A stretch of DNA of 64,000 nt from Bacteroidia bacterium (GTDB lineage: Bacteria; Bacteroidota; Bacteroidia; 2-12-FULL-35-15): positions 7,188 through 71,187 of the forward strand of contig DASWNK010000010.1 in NCBI GenBank assembly GCA_036399275.1, read 5' to 3'. This document shows, in pieces, positions 20,499 through 30,751 of this stretch. Each line of letters starts with the position of its first letter. The stretch's first letter is position 1. The notes beneath the pieces were generated by a model. It saw nothing but the letters and a program-made list of their open reading frames with translations, did not search any database and was not told the DNA's origin. Position numbers and translations under genes: made by a program.

Positions 20499-20510
20499 TT
20501 TATAAAGATA

Positions 20511-20549
20511 TAAAAACGCAGCATTAACAAGGCCTTTGCTTATGCTGCG
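20511..20549 (-). terminator. glyQS terminator (minus strand)
   Basis: cgcagcat-N17-atgctgcg hairpin with a U-run on the minus transcript. It ends about 20 nt before the adhesin start codon. Confidence 0.5.
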
Positions 20550-20566
20550 TTCAAGTTTAATTTATT

Positions 20567-22108
20567 TTACAATCCCTGCAATGCTTTCTTAAAGCTAACT
20601 TTATCATCTATGATTGCTGCAAGAGCATCGATGCTTACACGATCTTGCGTCATTGTATCACGGTGACGGATAGTAACAGTATTGTCTTCCAATGATTGAT
20701 GATCCACAGTAATACAGAACGGAGTTCCGATCGCATCTTGTCGGCGGTAACGTTTTCCGATGGTATCTTTCTCATCGTAGGTGGTCGCATGATCAAATTT
20801 CAGAAGGTTCATAATTTCACGCGCCTTTTCAGGCAAACCATCCTTTTTCAATAAAGGCAATACTGCCACTTTGATCGGCGCTAAGAAGGCCGGAAGGTTC
20901 AATGCTGTGCGAATAGTTCCGTCTTCTAGTTTTTCTTCCACATATGCTTTGCTCATCACCGCTAAAAACAAACGGTCCAGTCCAACGGATGTTTCAACCA
21001 CATAAGGAACATAGTTCTGATTTAATTCCGGATCGAAATACTGTAATTTTTTTCCTGAATGTTGCTCATGTGCTTTCAAATCGAAATCGGTACGGGAATG
21101 AATTCCTTCCAATTCTTTAAATCCAAATGGAAAATTGAATTCAATATCACAAGCCGCATTCGCATAATGGGCTAATTTAATATGATCGTGGAAACGATAG
21201 TTCGCTTCACCAAAGCCCAATGAATTATGCCATTTCATGCGCGTTGTTTTCCAATGATTATACCATTCCATTTCAGTTCCGGGGCGAACAAAAAACTGCA
21301 TTTCCATTTGCTCGAATTCCCGCATACGGAAAATGAACTGACGTGCAACAATCTCATTACGGAATGCTTTTCCGGTCTGAGCAATCCCGAAAGGAATTTT
21401 CATCCTGCCGGATTTTTGCACATTTAAAAAATTCACAAAGATCCCCTGAGCCGTCTCCGGACGCAGATAAATTGTGTTAGAATCTTCACTCACAGCGCCC
21501 ATGGAAGTGCTGAACATTAAATTGAACTGTCGTACTTCCGTCCAGTTTTTAGAGCCGGAGATCGGACAAACAATTTCGCAATCAATGATGATCTGACGAA
21601 CAGCTTCTAAATCATTTTTCTCCAATGCATCCTTAAACTTTGCAAGAATAGCATCTGCTTTCGCTTGATTTTCCAGAACACGTGCGTTGGTGGCACGAAA
21701 CTGTGCTTCATCAAAAGCGTCACCAAAGCGTTCTTTCGCTTTGTCAACTTCTTTCTGCATCTTGCCTTCTATCTTCGCCACATGCTCTTCAATCAGCACA
21801 TCAGCGCGGTAACGTTTCTTGCTATCTTTATTATCTATTAAAGGATCGTTGAAAGCATCCACATGTCCGGAAGCTTTCCAGGTAGTAGGGTGCATAAATA
21901 TGGAGGCATCAATTCCGACAATATTCTCATGCATCTGCACCATGGCTTTCCACCAGTATTCGCGAAGATTTTTTTTGAGCTCAGCGCCCATTTGTCCGTA
22001 ATCATACACAGCACTTAAGCCGTCGTAAATTTCGGAACTTTGAAAAATAAATCCGTACTCCTTAGAGTGAGAGATAATGTTTTTGAAAATGTCTTCTTGG
22101 TTTGCCAT
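20567..22108 (-). CDS. glyQS: Glycine--tRNA ligase (alpha2 homodimeric type)
   Basis: N-terminus MANQEDIFKNIISHSKEYGFIFQSSEIYDGL plus class II aaRS motifs. Start placed at Met50 of the ORF-track ORF (22108), which matches the canonical GlyRS N-terminus. Confidence 0.9.
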   Translation of the reverse strand: MANQEDIFKNIISHSKEYGFIFQSSEIYDGLSAVYDYGQMGAELKKNLREYWWKAMVQMHENIVGIDASIFMHPTTWKASGHVDAFNDPLIDNKDSKKRYRADVLIEEHVAKIEGKMQKEVDKAKERFGDAFDEAQFRATNARVLENQAKADAILAKFKDALEKNDLEAVRQIIIDCEIVCPISGSKNWTEVRQFNLMFSTSMGAVSEDSNTIYLRPETAQGIFVNFLNVQKSGRMKIPFGIAQTGKAFRNEIVARQFIFRMREFEQMEMQFFVRPGTEMEWYNHWKTTRMKWHNSLGFGEANYRFHDHIKLAHYANAACDIEFNFPFGFKELEGIHSRTDFDLKAHEQHSGKKLQYFDPELNQNYVPYVVETSVGLDRLFLAVMSKAYVEEKLEDGTIRTALNLPAFLAPIKVAVLPLLKKDGLPEKAREIMNLLKFDHATTYDEKDTIGKRYRRQDAIGTPFCITVDHQSLEDNTVTIRHRDTMTQDRVSIDALAAIIDDKVSFKKALQGL

Positions 22109-22167
22109 AATGGCTGCAAAAGTAGAAAATTTATTGATGGATTTTTTCGTGTTCAGCGGAATTATCC

Positions 22168-22175
22168 TATTTTTG
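22168..22175 (+). promoter_or_regulatory. Candidate Bacteroidetes sigmaA -7 element (TATTTTTG = TAnnTTTG)
   Basis: Matches the TAnnTTTG consensus, 21 nt upstream of the 22196 ATG. Confidence 0.3.
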
Positions 22176-22195
22176 ATAGGATGAATTTTGAAAAC

Positions 22196-22675
22196 ATGAA
22201 AAAACTCTACTTCCTTATAGCGGCTCTGGCCTCTTACAATTGCACTACCGCTCAATCTCTCGATCCTCAGGTGATCTCAAGCTCTGGAACCACTTTCAAC
22301 AATGGCTCTTCGCAAATTGATTTTACAACTGGAGAGCCCGCTACTGCAACGTTGACTGGTTCGGGCAGCGGTCTTACCCAAGGTTTCCACCAACCACAGT
22401 TGTTGGTTACTGCCGTTGATAAAAATATTGATCCAAATGTTTCTGTATTTCCGAATCCGAGCGTCAGTTATCTGCAGGTTCAGTTTACGGATTTGAAAGA
22501 AAATACAATGCTGGAGATCTATTCCATGGAAGGAAAGCTTTTACAAAGTAAGGCAGTGAGTGCTGTCAAAGAGGTTCAAATTGATATGAGCAGCTATGCT
22601 CCAGGAAATTATCTATTAAGCATCAAAGAAAACAATAAGCCAACTATCACTTATAAGATATCAAAAACAAACTAA
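22196..22675 (+). CDS. Small secreted protein with T9SS C-terminal sorting domain
   Basis: Signal peptide [21 protein letters not shown]-terminal CTD pattern [14 protein letters not shown]...GNYLLSIKE. Start at internal Met 22196. Confidence 0.65.
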   Translation: MKKLYFLIAALASYNCTTAQSLDPQVISSSGTTFNNGSSQIDFTTGEPATATLTGSGSGLTQGFHQPQLLVTAVDKNIDPNVSVFPNPSVSYLQVQFTDLKENTMLEIYSMEGKLLQSKAVSAVKEVQIDMSSYAPGNYLLSIKENNKPTITYKISKTN

Positions 22676-22677
22676 CC

Positions 22678-23736
22678 ATGAAAAAACGACTACTTCTATT
22701 ATTGTTAAATTTTGTAATTGCCTTTTCTTTTGCACAAGCTCCGCAAGGGTTCAACTACCAGGCTGTTGCCAGAAACGCTTCCGGCATAGCCATTGTGAGC
22801 CAACCGATCGGATTGCAAATCAGCTTAAGGCAAAATACGGCTCTCGGAACAATTGTTTATACGGAAACACATTCTGTTATTTCTAACAATGTCGGTATCT
22901 TAAACCTTGTGGTTGGAATGGGAACACCTGTTACAGGAACATTCAGTGCTATCGACTGGTCGGCGGGCCCTTATTTCATAGAAGTAAGTATGGACGTAAC
23001 CGGCGGAACAAGCTATTCATTAATGGGAACACAGCAATTAATGAGCGTTCCTTATGCATTGTATTCGGCAAATGGAACACCAGGTGCAACGGGTGCGACG
23101 GGCGCAGCTGGAGCAAACGGAACAAACGGTGCAACTGGAGCTACTGGCGTTGCTGGTGCAAATGGAACCAATGGTGCAGCTGGTGCAACAGGACCTACGG
23201 GCATAGCCGGAACTAATGGAACAGCCGGAGCGACTGGCGCTACAGGCGTTGCTGGTGCAAATGGAACCAATGGTGCAGCTGGTGCAACAGGACCTACGGG
23301 CGTTGCTGGTGCAAACGGAACTAATGGTGCAGCGGGCACAACTGGAGCGACTGGGCTTACTGGAGCGACTGGCGCTACAGGCGCCGTTGGAGCGACTGGC
23401 GCGACTCCAACCTTTGCCGTTCAATTTAATATTATAAGTGTTGGCACTTCGGCTTACGCATTTGATAACGCTACAGATTATGTTTCGGGGAGTAACCAGG
23501 ATCCTACGATCACTTTGCAAAGAGGATTAACTTACCGATTTAATATAATGGTGAGCCATCCATTCCGCATTTCATCCACCGCCACATGGCCCGGAACAGC
23601 TTTCAACGTTGGGGTTACTAATCAGGATGCACAGAATAGCGTGCTTACATTCAAGGTTCCAATGGATGCACCTTCCACATTATATTATTTCTGCACCGCG
23701 CATCCAGCAATGGGTGGGATTATTAATATTCAATAA
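22678..23736 (+). CDS. Secreted collagen-like (Gly-X-Y) triple-helix repeat protein with C-terminal cupredoxin-like domain
   Basis: Signal peptide and an N-terminal [11 protein letters not shown]-type domain. About 38 uninterrupted G-X-Y triplets follow, mostly GATGA/GANGTNGA. The C-terminal ~110 aa carry the copper-ligand pattern H(VSHPF)...C-T-A-H-P-A-M ([17 protein letters not shown]), resembling amicyanin CTPHPFM. Confidence 0.7.
   Translation: MKKRLLLLLLNFVIAFSFAQAPQGFNYQAVARNASGIAIVSQPIGLQISLRQNTALGTIVYTETHSVISNNVGILNLVVGMGTPVTGTFSAIDWSAGPYFIEVSMDVTGGTSYSLMGTQQLMSVPYALYSANGTPGATGATGAAGANGTNGATGATGVAGANGTNGAAGATGPTGIAGTNGTAGATGATGVAGANGTNGAAGATGPTGVAGANGTNGAAGTTGATGLTGATGATGAVGATGATPTFAVQFNIISVGTSAYAFDNATDYVSGSNQDPTITLQRGLTYRFNIMVSHPFRISSTATWPGTAFNVGVTNQDAQNSVLTFKVPMDAPSTLYYFCTAHPAMGGIINIQ
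23090..23400. repeat. Tandem repeats inside the collagen-like gene (9-bp Gly-X-Y units with a 99-bp higher-order repeat)
   Basis: A 54-nt block gttgctggtgcaaatggaaccaatggtgcagctggtgcaacaggacctacgggc occurs exactly at 23149-23202 and again at 23248-23301. Confidence 0.7.
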
Positions 23737-23867
23737 TCAGTTCGGATCTATTCATAATAAAGGATCTGCAGGAAGCTTGAATCGTCCTACAAATACAGGC
23801 GGTTCCCTTCCAGCTGTGAATGCTTCGATTGTAATTACAAAAATGTAAAAAAATATTCAGTACGCAT

Positions 23868-23901
23868 AAAAGCCTCTCCGCATACCGGGAGGCTTTTTTA
23901 T
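23868..23901 (+). terminator. Rho-independent terminator after the collagen-like gene
   Basis: aaagcctctccg..cgggaggctttttta hairpin. Confidence 0.5.
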
Positions 23902-23916
23902 TTGTATTTTTGTACC

Positions 23917-24480
23917 ATGATAGCAATAGATAATACCATCGTTTCGGAGCATTTACTGGAGAAAAAATTCGTTTGCGACCTCAGCGCCTGTAAAGGCGAA
24001 TGTTGTGTTGCCGGCGATTCAGGTGCCCCGCTCGATGAAGAGGAAATAGCTATCCTGGAAGATGTTTGGGAGGAAGTAAAGCCATATTTACCAAAAGATG
24101 GTGTGAAAGCCATTGAAAAACAAGGTGTATTTGTAATCGACGATGATGGCGATTATACTACACCATTGGTAAAAGGAAAGCATTGCGCTTTCACGATCTT
24201 CGACAAGGATGTGGCCAAATGCGGTATTGAACAAGCGTATTACGACGGAAAAATTACCTGGAAAAAACCAATCTCTTGCCATTTATATCCTGTACGTATT
24301 ACAAAATACAAGGATTATGATGCTGTGAATTACCATAAATGGGAGATCTGTAAACCCGCTTGTGAGTGTGGTGCAAAATTAGATGTTCCGGTATACAAAT
24401 TTTTGAAAGAACCATTGATCCGCAAATATGGCAAAGACTGGTACAAACAATTGGAGCTGGCAGACAAATTGAAAAAATAG
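23917..24480 (+). CDS. DUF3109-family protein (Cys-rich)
   Basis: N-terminus MIAIDNTIVSEHLLEKKFVCDLSACKGECCVAGDSGAPLDEEE matches the DUF3109 start pattern as recalled from memory. Start at internal Met 23917. Confidence 0.65.
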   Translation: MIAIDNTIVSEHLLEKKFVCDLSACKGECCVAGDSGAPLDEEEIAILEDVWEEVKPYLPKDGVKAIEKQGVFVIDDDGDYTTPLVKGKHCAFTIFDKDVAKCGIEQAYYDGKITWKKPISCHLYPVRITKYKDYDAVNYHKWEICKPACECGAKLDVPVYKFLKEPLIRKYGKDWYKQLELADKLKK

Positions 24481-24887
24481 CCGCCTGTAATGTCTTTATA
24501 TAAAGGCTTTCAAAGTGGGGCGCAGCTAAAGCCCCTTTACTTGTAATTGCGTTTTTTTTCGGTTACCGCAAATTTTTTAAGACTTAATTTTCAGTTTTTT
24601 TCACTTCAAACTTAAAAGGCTGTTTTCTAATACATTGGTCTTTTCTTAACATTCGTCTGTTAATTTCCCGTGTTTATAACTTCGATCAAATGTTAATTCA
24701 ATGCACTTGACACAACCCTTTTTTTTGCCAAAATTTGTACACCTTTAATTCAATAAGCAATACTTTACTAATTAGCTCAAAAAGAAAGAAATAGCCTTTC
24801 AGGGAATTTTTTCCCTCTAAACTAAAGTAACGAGGACAACAAGGGGCTGAAAAACAAATAGTTAATCAAATTAAACGATCAATTGAA

Positions 24888-25856
24888 ATGAGTGAAGAAC
24901 CGATATTAGTAGAGAACAAGGACCGATTTGTACTCTTCCCTATAAAACACAAAGACATCTGGGAAATGTATAAAAAAGCAGAAGCTAGTTTTTGGACTGC
25001 AGAGGAAATTGATCTGAACCCGGATCTTCAGGATTGGGAAAATAAACTGAATGATGATGAAAAACATTTCATCAAACATGTATTGGCTTTTTTCGCTGCA
25101 AGCGATGGAATCGTAAATGAAAATTTGGCCATTAATTTCATGAATGAGGTTCAGTATCCCGAAGCACGTTGCTTTTATGGTTTCCAGATCATGATGGAGA
25201 ATATCCATTCTGAAACGTATTCATTACTCATCGACTCTTATATTAAAGATCCTAAAGAAAAAGACCGTCTTTTTCATTCTATCGATACATTGCCATGTGT
25301 TGGAAAGAAAGCTGATTGGGCTTTGAAATGGATTGGAAACGGAACTTTCGCAGAACGTCTGATCGCCTTTGCTGCAGTTGAAGGCATCTTCTTTTCCGGA
25401 AGCTTCTGCTCCATTTTCTGGTTAAAAAAACGCGGATTAATGCCCGGACTTACTTTCTCAAATGAACTTATTTCACGTGACGAAGGCTTACATTGTGATT
25501 TCGCCTGCCTATTGTATTCTCAATTAGAGAACCAATTGCCGAAAGAAAGAGTGACCGCCATCATTACCAATGCCGTTGATATTGAGAAAGACTTTGTATC
25601 TGATGCATTACCTGTTCGTCTGATCGGAATGAATGCCGATATGATGTGCCAGTACATTGAATTTGTGGCCGACCGCCTGTTGGTTGCCCTTGGATGCGAT
25701 AAAGCATACAATGCTACAAACCCATTCGACTTTATGGAATTGATCTCCTTACAGGGAAAAACAAATTTCTTCGAAAAACGTGTTGCCGAATACCAGAAAT
25801 CAGGTGTAATGGGCAAAAAAGAAGACAATGTGTTTAAACTGGATGAAGATTTTTAA
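24888..25856 (+). CDS. nrdB: Ribonucleoside-diphosphate reductase beta subunit (class Ia R2)
   Basis: 322 aa with di-iron/tyrosyl radical site motifs ([32 protein letters not shown]). Confidence 0.9.
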   Translation: MSEEPILVENKDRFVLFPIKHKDIWEMYKKAEASFWTAEEIDLNPDLQDWENKLNDDEKHFIKHVLAFFAASDGIVNENLAINFMNEVQYPEARCFYGFQIMMENIHSETYSLLIDSYIKDPKEKDRLFHSIDTLPCVGKKADWALKWIGNGTFAERLIAFAAVEGIFFSGSFCSIFWLKKRGLMPGLTFSNELISRDEGLHCDFACLLYSQLENQLPKERVTAIITNAVDIEKDFVSDALPVRLIGMNADMMCQYIEFVADRLLVALGCDKAYNATNPFDFMELISLQGKTNFFEKRVAEYQKSGVMGKKEDNVFKLDEDF

Positions 25857-26007
25857 ATGCATGAAAATCATGCAAATGAACACGATTTTGCTTAAAAAAA
25901 CGTTATATATCAGAGCGTAATCTGTATGTGGCGAATAATACGAATACGATTAAAACAGTACAGAAAACCCCAAACTAATACATTAACCCCCTACTCAACA
26001 AATTTAT

Positions 26008-28440
26008 ATGTACGTAATCAAAAGAGACGGTAACCGCGAATCAGTAAAATTCGACAAAGTAACAGCACGAATCCAGAAACTCTGCTATGGCCTTGATCCT
26101 ATCCACGTAACTCCTATCAATGTTGCTATGAAAGTAATTGAAGGAATTTACGAAGGTGTGACCACCAGCGAACTGGATAACTTAGCGGCTGAAACTGCTG
26201 CTTCGCTTACCACTAAACATCCCGACTATGCGCTATTGGCGTCCCGCATAGCAGTTTCCAACTTACACAAGAACACCAACAAGTCGTTCTCCAAAACAAT
26301 GGAGGCACTGTATCTTTATATTGATCCCAAAACTGGCAAAAAAGCTCCTTTGATTGCTGATGATGTTCATGAGATCATTCAAAAGAATGCTCAGGAACTG
26401 GATTCGACCATTATCTATGACCGCGATTTCGGTTATGATTATTTCGGCTTCAAAACATTAGAGCGCTCTTATTTATTAAAATTGAACGGACAAGTAGCTG
26501 AGCGCCCTCAACACATGATCATGCGTGTGGCTGTTGGTATCCATAAAGATGATATCGCTTCTGCAATTGAAACCTATAATTTGATGAGTGAACGTTGGTT
26601 CACACATGCAACTCCCACTTTATTCAATGCAGGAACCCCAAAGCCTCAAATGTCCTCTTGCTTCTTATTGACTGTTAAAGACGACAGTATCGATGGGATC
26701 TACGACACCTTAAAATCATGTGCTAAGATCTCTCAGAGTGCAGGTGGTATCGGACTAAGCATCCATAACATCCGTGCTACAGGATCTTATATCCGCGGAA
26801 CAAATGGAACATCCAACGGTATCATCCCAATGCTGCGCGTATTTAACGATACTGCACGTTATGTGGATCAGGGCGGCGGAAAACGTAAAGGTTCTTTCGC
26901 AATCTATTTAGAGCCTTGGCATGCTGATATCTATGAATTCCTGGATATCCGTAAGAACACCGGTAAAGAAGAAGCACGTGCACGCGATTTGTTTACTGCA
27001 ATGTGGACTCCCGACTTATTCATGAAGCGCGTGGAAGAAAACAGTACATGGAGCTTATTCTGTCCGAATGAAGCACCTGGACTGGCTGATTGTTGGGGAG
27101 CTGAATTTGAAGCATTGTACACGAAATACGAAAAAGAAGGCCGTGCCCGTAAAACTATTCAGGCACGTGAACTTTGGTCGGCCATTATCGATTCACAAAT
27201 CGAAACCGGTAATCCTTACATGCTTTACAAAGATGCTTGTAACTCAAAAAGCAACCAGCAAAATCTGGGAACCATCAAATCTTCCAACTTATGTACGGAG
27301 ATCATTGAATACACTTCTGCTGATGAGATCGCAGTTTGTAACCTGGCTTCCATCGCATTGCCTCGTTTTGTAGAGGATGGTAAATTTGATCACCAAAAAT
27401 TATTTGAAGTAACGTATACCATTACCAAAAACTTAAACAAGATCATCGACCGCAATTATTACCCGGTTGCTGAAGCTCGTAACTCCAACATGCGCCATCG
27501 CCCGATCGGCATTGGCGTACAAGGATTAGCGGATGCATTCATCCTGATGCGTTTCCCTTTCGATTCTCCTGAAGCAGTTCAGCTGAACAAAGAAATACAT
27601 GAAACCATCTATTATGCTTCCATGACAGCTTCTAAAGATCTTGCAAAATTAGAAGGACCATACGAAACATTCCCTGGATCACCAGTTTCAAAAGGTATTT
27701 TCCAGTTTGATATGTGGAATGTAACGCCTTCTCCTCGTTGGGAATGGGATATATTGAAAGAAGAAGTGAAACTACACGGTGTACGCAACTCCTTGTTGTT
27801 AGCTCCGATGCCAACTGCTTCTACTTCACAGATCTTAGGTAACAACGAATGTTTTGAGCCATACACTTCTAACATCTATTCGAGAAGAGTATTGTCAGGA
27901 GAATTCGTGATCGTGAACAAACATTTATTGAAAGACTTAGTGAAACTAGGTATCTGGAACGACAGCCTGAAAAACAAGATCATCATTGCAAACGGATCTG
28001 TACAAGGTATCAATGAAGTTCCTGATAATATCAAAGCATTGTACAAAACGGTTTGGGAAATTTCTCAGAAAGTGATCATCAACATGGCTGCTGACCGTGG
28101 CGCATATATTTGCCAGTCACAATCATTGAACTTATTTGTTCAGGATGCAAACTTTGCAAAATTATCTTCTATGCATTTCTACGGTTGGAAAGCCGGATTG
28201 AAAACAGGAATGTATTACTTACGCACGAAAGCTGCTGCTGATGCAATTAAATTTACAGCTGATGCTGCTGCCGCGAAAGAAACCCCTGAAGTATTGGGAA
28301 ATGAAGATGTATTGATCATGGAGCGTCAACAACAAATGAGCGCAGAACGCCAGGCTTTATTAGAAGCGGAAGCGTTGAAAGCGGCTGAGATCTCCTGCTC
28401 GCTGGATAATCCGGAGGGATGCGAGGCTTGTGGAAGTTAA
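26008..28440 (+). CDS. nrdA: Ribonucleoside-diphosphate reductase alpha subunit (class Ia R1)
   Basis: 810 aa with an ATP-cone N-terminus ([20 protein letters not shown]). Catalytic Cys motifs SSCFLL, NLCTEI and [10 protein letters not shown] are present, and the C-terminal CxxC tail is CEACGS. Confidence 0.92.
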   Translation: MYVIKRDGNRESVKFDKVTARIQKLCYGLDPIHVTPINVAMKVIEGIYEGVTTSELDNLAAETAASLTTKHPDYALLASRIAVSNLHKNTNKSFSKTMEALYLYIDPKTGKKAPLIADDVHEIIQKNAQELDSTIIYDRDFGYDYFGFKTLERSYLLKLNGQVAERPQHMIMRVAVGIHKDDIASAIETYNLMSERWFTHATPTLFNAGTPKPQMSSCFLLTVKDDSIDGIYDTLKSCAKISQSAGGIGLSIHNIRATGSYIRGTNGTSNGIIPMLRVFNDTARYVDQGGGKRKGSFAIYLEPWHADIYEFLDIRKNTGKEEARARDLFTAMWTPDLFMKRVEENSTWSLFCPNEAPGLADCWGAEFEALYTKYEKEGRARKTIQARELWSAIIDSQIETGNPYMLYKDACNSKSNQQNLGTIKSSNLCTEIIEYTSADEIAVCNLASIALPRFVEDGKFDHQKLFEVTYTITKNLNKIIDRNYYPVAEARNSNMRHRPIGIGVQGLADAFILMRFPFDSPEAVQLNKEIHETIYYASMTASKDLAKLEGPYETFPGSPVSKGIFQFDMWNVTPSPRWEWDILKEEVKLHGVRNSLLLAPMPTASTSQILGNNECFEPYTSNIYSRRVLSGEFVIVNKHLLKDLVKLGIWNDSLKNKIIIANGSVQGINEVPDNIKALYKTVWEISQKVIINMAADRGAYICQSQSLNLFVQDANFAKLSSMHFYGWKAGLKTGMYYLRTKAAADAIKFTADAAAAKETPEVLGNEDVLIMERQQQMSAERQALLEAEALKAAEISCSLDNPEGCEACGS

Positions 28441-28474
28441 AAATTAGTTTAAAGTTCAAAGTATAAAGTTCAAA

Positions 28475-28505
28475 GCCCTCGCAATCTGCGGGGGTTTTGT
28501 TTTTA
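28475..28505 (+). terminator. Rho-independent terminator after nrdA
   Basis: gccctcgcaatctgcggggg followed by TTTTGTTTTT. Confidence 0.5.
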
Positions 28506-28877
28506 TGTGGACGCAATCTGCGACCTCAAAATTAAACAGGCACACATCGGTTGTTATAAAGCTAACGATTGTCTGAATAAAATGTAAGAATTTTGCCGAA
28601 AACATTTAAAATGGACAAGCAAATTGTTAGTGAACTGGAAACCCTATTCTCTTTGCTCCACCAGATACTTTAAAAAGAAGTATTAACCAAGTATTCTACT
28701 CCTATTTAATACATAATAAAACGTTGCCAGCCGACTTTGGAACAATAGCGGAAGATTTCTACTTATTTGTCGATTTTCTGGAAAAGACCGATTAGTGGTA
28801 TAAGACTACAGCAAAGTGAATATTTTCTAATCTCCGATTTGGCAGTGAAGGTTCCTATTTTTGCGAAAAGACATTCA

Positions 28878-29417
28878 ATGCAAGAAGCAATTGTAAAAGT
28901 GCCTGATGAAATCGTAATGGATAAAATTTATTTTATTCGTGGACAAAAAGTAATGTTGGATAGAGATTTAGCAGAACTGTATAATGCGAATACAGGAAAC
29001 TTAAACAAAGCGGTAAAAAGAAACATAAAGAGGTTTCCAAGCGATTTTATGTTTCAACTCACCTTAAAAGAGTTTGAAAACTTGATATTCCAAATTGGAA
29101 TATCAAGTTGGGGTGGAACGCGAAAAATGCCTTTCGCTTTCACAGAACAAGGCGTAGCTATGCTTTCCGGAGTCCTAAACAGCGACCGGGCCATTGCTGT
29201 AAATATCCAGATTATGCGCATTTTCACACGTATCTGCCAGATGCTGATGAACAATACCGAATTGCGGTTAGAAATAGAAAAAATTAAAAAGAAGGTAGAC
29301 AACCACGATAAAAATATGGAAATCGTTTTTCAATACCTGGACGAATTGATGGAAAAGAAAGAAAATCCACAACCCAGGAAGCAAATCGGATATAAGATCA
29401 AAATGCCCAAGACATAA
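28878..29417 (+). CDS. ORF6N/KilA-N-like DNA-binding domain protein (phage/mobile-element associated family)
   Basis: ORF6N-like N-terminal domain (IYFIRGQKVMLDRDLAELYNANTGNLNKAVKRNIKRFPSDFMFQLT) with a C-terminal coiled-coil. Start at internal Met 28878. Confidence 0.7.
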   Translation: MQEAIVKVPDEIVMDKIYFIRGQKVMLDRDLAELYNANTGNLNKAVKRNIKRFPSDFMFQLTLKEFENLIFQIGISSWGGTRKMPFAFTEQGVAMLSGVLNSDRAIAVNIQIMRIFTRICQMLMNNTELRLEIEKIKKKVDNHDKNMEIVFQYLDELMEKKENPQPRKQIGYKIKMPKT

Positions 29418-29454
29418 ATTACGGGCTATAATTCCATGAGCGGGCTCCCGCTAA

Positions 29455-29706
29455 GTTCCATTCCTGTCCGCTCTTACTATCTATCCTAATCCTGCTGAAC
29501 AATCGGCATCAGTTGACCTGACTGCATTCAATGGAAACACTATCTCTTTGAGCATTCTGAATGCAATGGGACAGCGCCTTCACTCTCAACCGCTAAAAGC
29601 CAACGGACCTGCAGCATTGAACCTGGAAGGATATTTTAAAGGACTGTATTTTGTACAAGTAGAAGCAAATGGGAAACTATCAACTTCCAAGCTCACCATT
29701 AAATAA
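29455..29706 (+). pseudogene. Orphan T9SS C-terminal sorting domain remnant (truncated gene)
   Basis: 83-codon frame with no start codon, bounded upstream by an in-frame TAA at 29452-29454. It encodes a complete Por CTD (IYPNPAEQSASVDLTAFNGNTISLSILNAMGQRLHS...GLYFVQVEANGKLSTSKLTIK) but has no upstream cargo domain. Its own terminator is retained. Confidence 0.6.
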
Positions 29707-29724
29707 AAATTTCAGCATGCACTT

Positions 29725-29758
29725 AAAGAGGAACAAGTAATCGCTTGTTCCTCTTTTT
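29725..29758 (+). terminator. Rho-independent terminator after the CTD remnant
   Basis: aaagaggaacaag-taatcg-cttgttcctcttttt hairpin. Confidence 0.55.
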
Positions 29759-29915
29759 AATTTCTTCCCCCGGGCGGCGTCCAACTATTTAAAATTTCAA
29801 CCATTGGGCAAAAATTTTAAGTAGCTATCTTCTTTGTGAGCTTTAAGAGCAAATGGTTTTATATCCGTATGTTTGCTATGCATAAGCAAAAGAACAATCT
29901 ACTAAACAAAAACAC

Positions 29916-30617
29916 ATGAAAAACCTCTCCATTCTTTTTAGCGCCCTTCTACTAAGCTTCCTTTCTCTGAATCTAAGCGCTGACAATGAACTCAGATTAA
30001 ATTCTCTGCCAGATAAAAATCATCCCTTCACGCTAAAGCCTCAGGCTGCTTCCGATGATGAAGGAGTAAAGGGGAAGATTCTTATAACAGCAGGTATCGG
30101 TCTCAATTTTTTAGGAACATCTCTCGAACTAAGATACTTGACAAGTCCTTATTATGATTTTAGTGATGTCATTACCGGTCACCAAGCTTCTCCAATGTAC
30201 AATGCGGCCATCGACTACGGCTTGGGCAAACAAGTTTCTGTCGGTGTGGCTTTCGGATATCAAACCGTACGGATCAATATGCAAGATGTTGGCTCGCCAA
30301 ATGCCAATTATCATGACGATTGGGTTCGCATTCATCTAGCTGCCCGTGGAGACTACTATATTATAGCCAACGAGGAGGTCAGTCTGTACACCGGTGCTAA
30401 ACTTGGTTATAATCTATTTACTGTTTCAACAACCATTCCTAAATCCATGGAACCTAATTATCTCGAAAATCTAGGTGTTTATCCTAACCCAATCAGCGCG
30501 CAGGCGCATTTTGGTTTTAGCTATTTTGTTAAAGGAATCGCTGGTTTTAATGCAGAATTTGGTATCGGCTACGGCGGACCGTATATCCTTGCTGTGGGAG
30601 CAACAATAAAAATTTAA
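29916..30617 (+). CDS. Predicted outer-membrane beta-barrel protein (OmpW/OmpA-barrel-like), function unknown
   Basis: Signal peptide, alternating hydrophobic beta-strand pattern with Gly/Tyr-rich turns, 233 aa. Confidence 0.45.
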   Translation: MKNLSILFSALLLSFLSLNLSADNELRLNSLPDKNHPFTLKPQAASDDEGVKGKILITAGIGLNFLGTSLELRYLTSPYYDFSDVITGHQASPMYNAAIDYGLGKQVSVGVAFGYQTVRINMQDVGSPNANYHDDWVRIHLAARGDYYIIANEEVSLYTGAKLGYNLFTVSTTIPKSMEPNYLENLGVYPNPISAQAHFGFSYFVKGIAGFNAEFGIGYGGPYILAVGATIKI

Positions 30618-30751
30618 ACATTAATAAAATTTGAACGAAAAGACTGTTTCTAAAAGAGACAGCCTTTTTTATTTAGGTGAAGCAGTAAATTATCTACTTT
30701 TGGAAAGGCTTCCATCTTGCGATCCAACGTCTATCTGTCAAACAAAAAGTC

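Noticed and set aside
23038-23520. Minus-strand ORFs of 160 aa and 95 aa (also 23216-23437 +) inside the collagen-like gene
   Set aside because: Artefacts of the low-complexity GCN/GGN-rich tandem repeat. They give Ala/Pro/Val- or Cys/Ser-rich nonsense translations antisense or out of frame to a well-supported Gly-X-Y CDS.
24480-24888. Possible riboswitch or NrdR box in the 400-bp AT-rich leader upstream of nrdB
   Set aside because: Only a short hairpin (agggaa-tttt-ttccct, 24800-24815) and the DUF3109 terminator were found. No B12-box, NrdR-box pair or other recognisable riboswitch core could be identified by eye.
28481-28519. Direct repeat cgcaatctgcg (twice, 29 bp apart) as a possible target-site duplication of the ORF6N insertion
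   Set aside because: Both copies lie together on the upstream side of the ORF6N gene, one inside the nrdA terminator stem. They do not flank the insertion.
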